Assembly (NCBI GenBank): GCA_963796795.1
Contig: CAWCNA010000013.1
Span: 11,571-75,570, forward strand
Source: Candidatus Adlerbacteria bacterium
GTDB lineage: Bacteria; Patescibacteriota; Minisyncoccia; Phycocordibacterales; SBAW01
DNA: 64,000 nt
Direction: 5' to 3'
The notes under the pieces are model-generated. The model was not told the origin of the DNA and did no database searches. It was given only the letters and a program-made list of their open reading frames with translations. The stretch's first letter is position 1. Each line of letters starts with the position of its first letter. Made by a program: the position numbers and the translations under genes. Shown here piece by piece: positions 56,534 to 64,000 of this stretch.

Positions 56534-57659
56534 GGAATTTTTTAACCGTTTACTTTTCCGCCTGCAAGGAAGGGTAATACATCTCAAACCTAAGGGGCCA
56601 GTGAAAGGCCGAGTGCTTTTTTCCTATATCACACACTCATTCTTGCGGCCAGGGCCATGGGATAGCCATACCAATTACTGGGAAGGGCGGAACATGGTTG
56701 AAGCATTTGTCGAGCGTGGATATGCCGTTGATGTTATTGACTCAACAAATCAAACATTCCTTCCAAAAAAACACTATGATTTTTTTATCGATAACGCGGT
56801 AAACATGGAAAGGCTCACTCCCCTGCTAAACCAAGACTGCATAAAGATATTTCATATTACAAACGCTGAACCGCGCTTCCAAAACGCTGCAGAGAGAACA
56901 CGTGCTGAGGATCTAAAAAAACGTCGCGGTATTGTACTTGCCCCTGACCGCACAATCGCGGAAGTCCGTACGGTGAAGCTTGCCGAGTATACAACGGCAC
57001 TTGGTAACAAATTTACTATTGATACCTATGCGTACGCACACAAGCCTATGACGCGCATTCCAATATCTTCAACCCATACTTTTCCCTCTCCAGAACATAA
57101 AAATTTTGATGCCGTACAAAAACAGTTTGTATGGATAGGCGGCGCAGGTCCCCTCCACAAAGGTTTGGATCTCGTACTGGAAGCATTCGCCACTATGCCG
57201 GACTATAAACTTGTTGTATGCGTCAAATTGGGGGCTGATACAGCATTCGCTCGCGCATTCGCGACAGAGTTATATCAAACACCCAATATTAAAACTTTGG
57301 GGTTTATCGACCATGGAAGTGAGCAGTTCAAAAAACTCTGCAATGAATCACTTGGTATTATCTCTGTCTCGTGTGCAGAAGGCGGAGGCGGTAGTACCAT
57401 CCTTGGAATGCACGCGGGGCTTATACCGATTGTTAATTACGAAACATCCGTGGATGTCGAAGACTTCGGCCTTTTGCTGCCCGACTCACACATCGAGACG
57501 ATACAACGCTCCATCCGTGAAGTTTCTTCATTACCAAAAGAAGCATTACAGTCGAAGGCGGTTGCCGCATGGAACTATGCACGCGAGAACCATACCCGCG
57601 AGCGATTTGCAAAGCACTACAGACTATTCTTAGATACACTTTTAGAACACCATGACTGA
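56523..57659 (+). CDS. Glycosyltransferase (GT-B fold, GT4-like)
   Basis: 378 aa. The C-terminal half 'VWIGGAGPLHKGLDLVLEAF...EGGGGSTILGMHAGLIPIV' is a retaining GT-B C-domain. Confidence 0.55.
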   Translation: MTIREFFNRLLFRLQGRVIHLKPKGPVKGRVLFSYITHSFLRPGPWDSHTNYWEGRNMVEAFVERGYAVDVIDSTNQTFLPKKHYDFFIDNAVNMERLTPLLNQDCIKIFHITNAEPRFQNAAERTRAEDLKKRRGIVLAPDRTIAEVRTVKLAEYTTALGNKFTIDTYAYAHKPMTRIPISSTHTFPSPEHKNFDAVQKQFVWIGGAGPLHKGLDLVLEAFATMPDYKLVVCVKLGADTAFARAFATELYQTPNIKTLGFIDHGSEQFKKLCNESLGIISVSCAEGGGGSTILGMHAGLIPIVNYETSVDVEDFGLLLPDSHIETIQRSIREVSSLPKEALQSKAVAAWNYARENHTRERFAKHYRLFLDTLLEHHD

Positions 57660-58509
57660 ACAGGAACTTATATCCGTCGTCATACCCGTTTGGAATGAAA
57701 AGGATCGTATCGCGCGGGCGATTGAATCAATGCAGAATCAAACATGGAGAAACCTAGAGATTATTGTTGTGGACGATGGCTCGACCGACGGTACGCAGGA
57801 AATCGTCAAAGGAATTGCAAAGCAAGACCAGCGGGTTTCTTTTTATGACAATCCTCACAAAGTACCCCGCACCAACTGGCGCGGATACGATATCAACGCA
57901 GGATATGCTGCCCGCAATTATGGGTTCAGTATCGCCGAAGGTCAGTGGATAACGACCCAGGACGCGGATGATGCGTCTTTGTTAAATCGTATCGAGGTGC
58001 AGTACCAGCTGGCAAAAAAATACAACGCCACAATGGTAACTGTTAGCTATCAACGCCTGCGTCCGGAGATTTTGGATAAAAAACTTGATATTGGGAGAAT
58101 TTTTAAAGAAAAAGGAGAGGAACATGTCGTGATACGACCGGAAACTATTGTGACATTCACTAAAAAACAGCGAGGTATTTTGATGATCGAGCCCTTACAC
58201 AGATTTATCCCTTTCCCCATCAAATGGTTTCCATATACACGGAAGCTTTTCTATAGACATACCGATCCGTTTTTGGGCGCTGACAACTGTATGATGTTCA
58301 ATAGGAAGGTCATAGACGCGGGCGTTTATTTTAGAACTCGTAACCAGCGTACATGGGGCACGCCAAACGGCCGCGGCACCGGGCGTGATTTTGCCTACAA
58401 TGTAAGCATGAAATTTAAAAATAGCTGGTCATTCCGTCTGCCGCTGTATCTGTGGAACGCCAACTTGGAAAACCCAGACTATATAGGCTACGAAAAATAT
58501 TTGATATGA
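57652..58509 (+). CDS. Family 2 glycosyltransferase
   Basis: 'ISVVIPVWNEKDRIARAIESMQNQTWRNLEIIVVDDGSTDGT', 'QDADD'. Confidence 0.8.
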   Translation: MTEQELISVVIPVWNEKDRIARAIESMQNQTWRNLEIIVVDDGSTDGTQEIVKGIAKQDQRVSFYDNPHKVPRTNWRGYDINAGYAARNYGFSIAEGQWITTQDADDASLLNRIEVQYQLAKKYNATMVTVSYQRLRPEILDKKLDIGRIFKEKGEEHVVIRPETIVTFTKKQRGILMIEPLHRFIPFPIKWFPYTRKLFYRHTDPFLGADNCMMFNRKVIDAGVYFRTRNQRTWGTPNGRGTGRDFAYNVSMKFKNSWSFRLPLYLWNANLENPDYIGYEKYLI

Positions 58510-59405
58510 AATTTTCTATCATCACACCCGCATACGACATAGCAAAGTGGCTACCCACGACGATAGAGAGCGTGCTCGATCAAGCAGGAGATTTTTCTAT
58601 TGAATATATTTTGGTTATCAATGACTCACTGGACGACACTCTCAAAATCGCACAAACATATAAGCAAAGGGTTGAATCTAGTGAATATCCAATACACTGC
58701 AAAAATATTTCGATGCAGATTATTGAAGCCGAAAAGCCACAGGGCATGTATGTCGCTATCAATGAAGGGTTTGCAAAAGCGACTGGTGATATTTTTGCAT
58801 GGATTGCAGGAGACGATATCTATAGGCCGGGCGCGTTTCAAGTAATGAACGAGGCATTTAGAGAATACCCTGATATCGGCTGGCTCAAAGGTATCACTAC
58901 CACTATCGGGGAACACGGCGAGCTTATACGAGGAAGCACCTCGAGCATCTATCATCAAGACTGGTTACGTTTGGGGGTATATGGGATGGAGTCATACCAT
59001 GTCGAGCAAGACAGTAATTTTTGGCGTGCGAGTGTATGGAAAAAGGTGGGCAATTTCCCCTCCTATTTCAAGAGCGCGGGCGACTACTGGCTCTGGATAC
59101 AGATGGCAAAATATGCCCGTTTATGGAGCATAAACGCCTCTATAAGCGCTTTTCGCAAGCGCGAAGGCCAAGATAGCCGTGCAAATCACAGCAGGCTAAT
59201 TGCGCAGAAAAAGGCGGCTCGGCCAAAACGCCCCCTTCGCGCATGGATTCCCCGCCTGTTCTTTTACCCCTACTTCAATCTGCCGGCCCTTCAACCATCG
59301 TTACGGAAACTCTATCCGTATATCTTTTTCTATAAGTCGCGGACGTACCTTGAGAAAGAAAACGGTGTGTGGGTCAAAAAAACAATGCCGACCTTTTCTC
59401 TTTAG
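58506..59405 (+). CDS. Family 2 glycosyltransferase
   Basis: 'MKFSIITPAYDIAKWLPTTIESVLDQ', 'AGDD'. The start overlaps the previous stop (ATGA). Confidence 0.7.
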   Translation: MKFSIITPAYDIAKWLPTTIESVLDQAGDFSIEYILVINDSLDDTLKIAQTYKQRVESSEYPIHCKNISMQIIEAEKPQGMYVAINEGFAKATGDIFAWIAGDDIYRPGAFQVMNEAFREYPDIGWLKGITTTIGEHGELIRGSTSSIYHQDWLRLGVYGMESYHVEQDSNFWRASVWKKVGNFPSYFKSAGDYWLWIQMAKYARLWSINASISAFRKREGQDSRANHSRLIAQKKAARPKRPLRAWIPRLFFYPYFNLPALQPSLRKLYPYIFFYKSRTYLEKENGVWVKKTMPTFSL

Positions 59406-60047
59406 GATTTCTTCCGTGCCGCGACAAATACTCCCGCGGCTAACAATACGGGTACTACTTCGCTGCGCTTGATATCTCCGTATCGCTCAACGATAAGCGG
59501 GTCAAGTTTGTTTAAAATCAGAGCAAGTACGTACACCAAACCTTTTGTAAATTTTCCACCACGTAATTTTGTTTGAAACATAATACGCTGTAACAGTATG
59601 GCTATCGTGCTGAAGGCATCCCCTTCAACCCCCTCTTCGACGATATCGAAATCTTTAAGTACTGTCCTCAAACCATAAGGTGTGTATCTCCAATAGTCGT
59701 GTGGGGCATCGTGTACGGGAAAGTTAAAGCGCGTCGTAATAAGTAACAGTCCTCCAGGTTTCAAGATGCGGGCAATCTTCTGATGCGGCAAGAAATGGAT
59801 TATGGAAGTGCTCGAACGATTCCGCACATATCACAATATCAAATGAGGAATCCTCAAGTGGTAATGCATGTACGTCACCAACCACGTCAGGCTTCTTCTC
59901 CGCCGCAATATCAAGCGTTGTCACGTGAGGGAAAAAATCCTTCCACACACTTCGCGCACCAGCGCCAATATCGAGGACATACTTCGCGTCCGCATCCTTG
60001 TACGTTGTAAGAAATTTTTTTGCCTGCCAGTCGTTAAGTTTTCTCAT
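59402..60047 (-). CDS. Class I SAM-dependent methyltransferase, apparent frameshift near 59780
   Basis: ORF 59724..60047 has motif I 'VLDIGAGARS' and 'DIVICAESFEHF'. ORF 59402..59827 carries the rest ('ILKPGGLLLITT'). Confidence 0.6.
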
Positions 60048-60050
60048 ATA

Positions 60051-61112
60051 TTATTTTGAGGTAATTTTCTTAAAAAAATTAGCTAGGTTTTCGGTGCATC
60101 GGTCGGGGTTTAGATGCTCTTCAGCAAATTTCCGGGCATTGGCACCCAAACGTGCTCGGAGCTCGCGGTCGTCAAGAAGGCGTTTAATGGCTGCATGCAT
60201 GGCATGCACATCATGTTGCGGCACCAGCAATCCATTCACACCATCTTCGATATATGCCTCCATCCCCTGTGAGCGCGATGCGACTATTGCCTTTCCCATC
60301 GAGAGCGATTCATACAGTGCTGAAATGCCCATCTCGTTATTTAAGCCCGTTGAGGTATCGAGCGGGATGACAACAATAGATGCATCGTCATAGGCATCTT
60401 TAAGTTCTGGGACTGAAAAAGTTTTATGTACGATGTGGCCGGGCAACGGTGCCAAGGATTTGAGACGGGATTCTCGCGTGGTAATGATAAGCTCTTTGCC
60501 GAGGCCCTCTGTTGCCGCAAACAAAAGTTTTAAGTCTCTGTCCGGGTCTCGGCCGGGTGAGAAAATCGCGCCTTCGCCCAAGATGCCGGATGGTTTGAAA
60601 TATTCTAAGTCAACACCGTACGGGATAAATTCAATGCGACCGCGCAAATTCGAAAAACGCTGCTCCAAAAGCTGTTTCTCTTTTTTACTTATGGTTACTA
60701 TCCCGGCTGCACGCGAAACCATCCACGCAAATACTTTTTGTTTTACTGTTGTTTCATTGGCAATGGTGCCCATAATGCTAAAGTCGTGCATGACCCATTT
60801 TGGTTTTTTAATATGCAGGAGAGTATGCACAAGTTGCGTGCCATACCCCGTTGAGGAAAATACGATGTCGTAGGAAAAGAACGCGAGGTATGTCGGCAGA
60901 TGAATCCAATTGACGCTTATGTGTTTTCGGAGAAATTTTGAAACCGAGCGCGGATAGACTTCCTCGACCCCCACATGGGAAGCATCAATACCAAATTTGT
61001 GGAGATGGAGCATGCCCCAAAAGCCGTTACCCTGCTCTGTGCCAGCCTTCACTTGTGCCAAATGGGGCCCGCGATCCCCCGTAAAAAGATACAGCACCTT
61101 CAATTGCATGGA
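60051..61112 (-). CDS. GT4-family glycosyltransferase (glycosyl transferase group 1)
   Basis: 'EGAIFSPGRDPDRDLKLL...MEAYIEDGVNGLLVP' with E..E of the GT4 C-domain. Start taken at 'MQLKVLYLF'. Confidence 0.75.
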   Translation of the reverse strand, partial: SMQLKVLYLFTGDRGPHLAQVKAGTEQGNGFWGMLHLHKFGIDASHVGVEEVYPRSVSKFLRKHISVNWIHLPTYLAFFSYDIVFSSTGYGTQLVHTLLHIKKPKWVMHDFSIMGTIANETTVKQKVFAWMVSRAAGIVTISKKEKQLLEQRFSNLRGRIEFIPYGVDLEYFKPSGILGEGAIFSPGRDPDRDLKLLFAATEGLGKELIITTRESRLKSLAPLPGHIVHKTFSVPELKDAYDDASIVVIPLDTSTGLNNEMGISALYESLSMGKAIVASRSQGMEAYIEDGVNGLLVPQHDVHAMHAAIKRLLDDRELRARLGANARKFAEEHLNPDRCTENLANFFKKITSK

Positions 61113-61175
61113 GCTATTGTGGCGGCTGGGCGACCTTTTTGCAATGAAGAAAAAAGGGCATAATAGCGACACAAT

Positions 61176-62276
61176 ATGAAGGGTAAGTTCATACGGGCAG
61201 GGCTTTCTGCGCTCGCAATATGTCTATTAGTATTAATCTTTGGAGAAATATATGCGCGTATATTCCAGATAGAGCCGGACTCTCTTATCACCCTCGACTC
61301 ATGTACCGGTTATAAATCAATTCCGAATGCAGTGGGAGTAGTGAGAAATCCGGGGGGCCTTATACCTGTGGCCACCAATAGTGCGGGTTTCCGTGATGTT
61401 GAGCACACAACATCAAAACCTGCAGGTACCTATAGAGTCCTCTTTCTTGGTGACTCCTTTACTGAAAGCTTGCAGGTGCCGCTGCAGGATACCTTCTGGC
61501 GCCAGATGCAGGCGAAAGCCGATGCGGCACACCTGCCGCTCGAAATTATGACGATGGGCGTCTCAAGCTTTGATACGGCGCAGGAGATGCTTGCGTATGA
61601 ATGTTATGGTGAACAATATCATCCAGACCTTGTTGTGCTGGATTACAACGGGTTTGACCTGTTGGAAAATTATTTTTATACCGACCAGTTCACTCCAAAA
61701 TTTTCCCTTACGAACGGCGCCCTGACGCTCGACGAAAGTTACAAAGCAAACATTACAAAACGTCTGGAGCAAAAAGATACTCTATTCCCGGGCAGCCTCT
61801 ATTTTGTTAAAGATCATTCAATGTTTTTACGGCACCTCTTTTTTGAGATGCAAAATGCTTTAGTTGGCCAAACGCTTGCAAATAAGACAAATACGAGTGA
61901 CCCGGTCGCCGCAGAATTTGCAATAACATATACGGAGCAGATTGAAGATGCGTGGACACTTACAGGAGGTTTACTTACACGGCTTAATAGTGACGTTATA
62001 AAAAACGGTGGGCAGCTGCTTATGGTCAACTTCCCTATTATCCAGCAGTACGCACTGGACACTGACCCAACGCTCGACTTAGACAAACCTGATATGCGCC
62101 TCGCTGGTATCGCAAAAAATATTGGCGTCCCGTTTGTGGATTTATATCAGCCTCTCCTTACAGCCCAAAAGGCCGGCGTGGTGCATTTTGATGGAGACTC
62201 TCATCTGACACCGTACGGGCATACGGTTGTTGCCGGACTTTTGTACAATGAAGTGCTATATTTACGCAACAAATAA
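61176..62276 (+). CDS. SGNH/GDSL-like hydrolase (AlgX/AlgJ-type candidate O-acyl transfer partner), with N-terminal TM
   Basis: 'RVLFLGDSFTESL' (block I, GDS) and 'HFDGDSHLTPYGH' (block V, DxxH). N-terminal signal anchor. Confidence 0.6.
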   Translation: MKGKFIRAGLSALAICLLVLIFGEIYARIFQIEPDSLITLDSCTGYKSIPNAVGVVRNPGGLIPVATNSAGFRDVEHTTSKPAGTYRVLFLGDSFTESLQVPLQDTFWRQMQAKADAAHLPLEIMTMGVSSFDTAQEMLAYECYGEQYHPDLVVLDYNGFDLLENYFYTDQFTPKFSLTNGALTLDESYKANITKRLEQKDTLFPGSLYFVKDHSMFLRHLFFEMQNALVGQTLANKTNTSDPVAAEFAITYTEQIEDAWTLTGGLLTRLNSDVIKNGGQLLMVNFPIIQQYALDTDPTLDLDKPDMRLAGIAKNIGVPFVDLYQPLLTAQKAGVVHFDGDSHLTPYGHTVVAGLLYNEVLYLRNK

Positions 62277-62277
62277 C

Positions 62278-63177
62278 ATGGAGAAGTACCCGAAAATCAG
62301 CGTTATCATTCCCTGCCACAACCGCGCGCCATATATCAGGCAGGCCCTTGAGTCGGTACTTTCGCAAGAATACCCAAACCTCGAACTCATAGTAATTGAC
62401 GATAATTCAACCGATGGGAGCTGGGAAATAATCGAACGCTACAAAGAGAAGCTTGGCTACTACGAAAATATCAATATCAAGGCAACCTCTCCCCATCCGC
62501 AACTTCAATATGGATTTGATCGTTCAAGCGGTGAAATAATAGGCCACATCACCGACAAGGGCTTGTTGCTCCCTGGTAGCCTCTTTACCATTGGCCGCGT
62601 GTTTTCCGAGTTCCCCGATGTGGAATGGATAACCGCCATGACAACAGTGGTCAATGGCGATGGCTCTATCATCTCAGTCGTACCGCTGCGGAAAGATTTA
62701 CACGAACACTTGATCCACGTGCCGTGGAACATGCAGGCCGAGTCGACGTTTTGGCGCCGCTCATTGTGGGAGCGCTCGCATTCGACGTGGGACAACGGGC
62801 TTGGATGGGCAGCCGATTTTGGCATATGGAGTTACTTTTTTGCGGCAGGTGCAAAACTATATCATCTCAATACGATACTCGGTGCATATCGCAAAATTCC
62901 GAGTGCACAAGGCGTGAAGAACCCGAAACAATATTACGACAGCGCTGCACGATACACACAGTGGCTGCGAGCGCGCGTTCCAAAAAAAGAACTCGTCTAC
63001 GCATCACTCTATAAAGTACTTCGATATGCAAAACCAATACTCCGAAATATTCCCGACTCAATCTATCAACATATCCCTGTGCTAAATCACTTCTGCAATG
63101 AGGCAATTGCGTTTAAAGACATGCATACCCTTAAGCGATACAAGCGCAACCCGTTCCGCACTATCTATCCTTGGTAA
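62278..63177 (+). CDS. Family 2 glycosyltransferase
   Basis: 'MEKYPKISVIIPCHNRAPYIRQALESVLSQEYPNLELIVIDDNSTDGS'. Confidence 0.8.
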   Translation: MEKYPKISVIIPCHNRAPYIRQALESVLSQEYPNLELIVIDDNSTDGSWEIIERYKEKLGYYENINIKATSPHPQLQYGFDRSSGEIIGHITDKGLLLPGSLFTIGRVFSEFPDVEWITAMTTVVNGDGSIISVVPLRKDLHEHLIHVPWNMQAESTFWRRSLWERSHSTWDNGLGWAADFGIWSYFFAAGAKLYHLNTILGAYRKIPSAQGVKNPKQYYDSAARYTQWLRARVPKKELVYASLYKVLRYAKPILRNIPDSIYQHIPVLNHFCNEAIAFKDMHTLKRYKRNPFRTIYPW

Positions 63178-63181
63178 TTTA

Positions 63182-63895
63182 TTAGATGCCAAACTCAGCG
63201 TGTAGCTGATTGTTTACCTTATCAAGCCCTGTAGTATTATGCTTTTGTTCAAACATATATTGCGCGACCAGTAACCCAAACAGGTGATTTCCTTCCGGAT
63301 TGAAATGCAGGTCGTCCTGCCAGTAGAGTGGTGAGGATGTTGCCGCGGCAGCCGCGCGGAATTGTGAGAGCGGGTCAAAATATGTAATCCCCTGTTTCTG
63401 CATAAATGCTTCTTCGGCCGCATATGTCGTGCTGGTTGTTGTCGCGTAGGTATCTTCTTTTGGCGGGATGAAGACGAAGAGAAGCTTGGAGCCTTCTTTT
63501 TGTGCCAGATTTTTTAAACCTGCAATGTTTGCAAGATGTGCCGCAAAACTTGCGTCGGTCGTCGGGACGGAGGCGGGCTCTTGGTTCACAATACCAACAT
63601 CTTGGAGAAGCTGTTTCGGGGCGATATCTTTTATTGCACTCTGCGCAAGGAGATACAAAATGGAATGGTTGCGCAGGTAGCACTTAACTGCTTGCAGTGC
63701 TGGATGTACGGGCATGTTCCACATGCAATATTCCTGTGCCCACTGTGCGTATTGCGGCAATTTTTGTTGCAATTGATCGTAGGTAAGTGTTGGGTCATTG
63801 CTTAGGTTTTTTATGAGCTGCCCTTGGTAGACAAGGCTGTTTGGAAATGCCGCATCATCGTTCGGGTCATTGGCAAAATAACTCACGATAATCAT
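63182..63895 (-). CDS. SGNH-like hydrolase, 3' part (gene may extend beyond the listed ORF start)
   Basis: C-terminal 'WQDDLHFNPEGNHLFG' matches SGNH block V. No N-terminal GDS block is visible in this ORF. Confidence 0.4.
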   Translation of the reverse strand: MIIVSYFANDPNDDAAFPNSLVYQGQLIKNLSNDPTLTYDQLQQKLPQYAQWAQEYCMWNMPVHPALQAVKCYLRNHSILYLLAQSAIKDIAPKQLLQDVGIVNQEPASVPTTDASFAAHLANIAGLKNLAQKEGSKLLFVFIPPKEDTYATTTSTTYAAEEAFMQKQGITYFDPLSQFRAAAAATSSPLYWQDDLHFNPEGNHLFGLLVAQYMFEQKHNTTGLDKVNNQLHAEFGI

Positions 63896-64000
63896 CGTGG
63901 GCTTGGGTAATGTGGCGAGAGTCTTTGTCGTCTTCGCCAGCTCCTGTTTGGTGCCATAGCCGGGGACTCCACACTTTACTATGCGCGCACCTAGTAGTGT

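Overview
The window reads like a Patescibacteria (CPR)-type genome fragment with three sectors. Sector 1, about 0.3–7.2 kb: a pentose-phosphate/glycolysis block on the minus strand. It holds the transketolase N- and C-subunit genes, unusually separated by a type IV pilin gene and a tail-anchored membrane protein gene, plus rpe, rpiB, gap and a plus-strand PfkB sugar kinase. An orphan DinJ/RelB-like gene follows. Sector 2, about 7.6–34.7 kb: a minus-strand locus of giant paralogous surface-protein genes rich in Thr, Ser, Asn and Gly. Their shared modules are a cytoplasmic excisionase-like HTH with one TM helix at the N-terminus, Gly-rich domains, 'DSTHFVVAY' ~40-aa repeats, a 'FFGDAVFANNFRI' domain and a C-terminal DUF5011-like Ig domain. 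One ORF of 3594 aa (22678..33462) is intact. The remainder is split by apparent frameshifts and includes a tandem triplication of a ~3.2-kb unit with stretches over 500 nt that are nearly identical. A small HTH-TM paralog lies immediately upstream of the intact gene. Sector 3, about 34.7–64 kb: housekeeping genes (gatB, obg, ccdA, a NUDIX hydrolase, a DoxX protein, secA, murB) followed by a surface-glycan cluster. The cluster encodes an O-antigen-ligase-like protein with TPR repeats, a Wzx flippase, a GT11 fucosyltransferase, GT2 and GT4 transferases, methyltransferases and SGNH hydrolases. Embedded in it is an unusual carrier-protein module: an MBOAT, a holo-ACP synthase, an FkbH-like HAD loader, an ACP, a MaoC dehydratase, an SDR and an AsnB-type amidotransferase. 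Several genes, including essential ones, carry apparent frameshifts: secA has at least five, and rpiB, ccdA, wzx, the GT11 gene, a methyltransferase and the giant genes are also affected. The sites often coincide with homopolymer tracts, so the assembly probably contains indel errors and frameshift-based conclusions are tentative. No rRNA, tRNA or CRISPR array could be supported.
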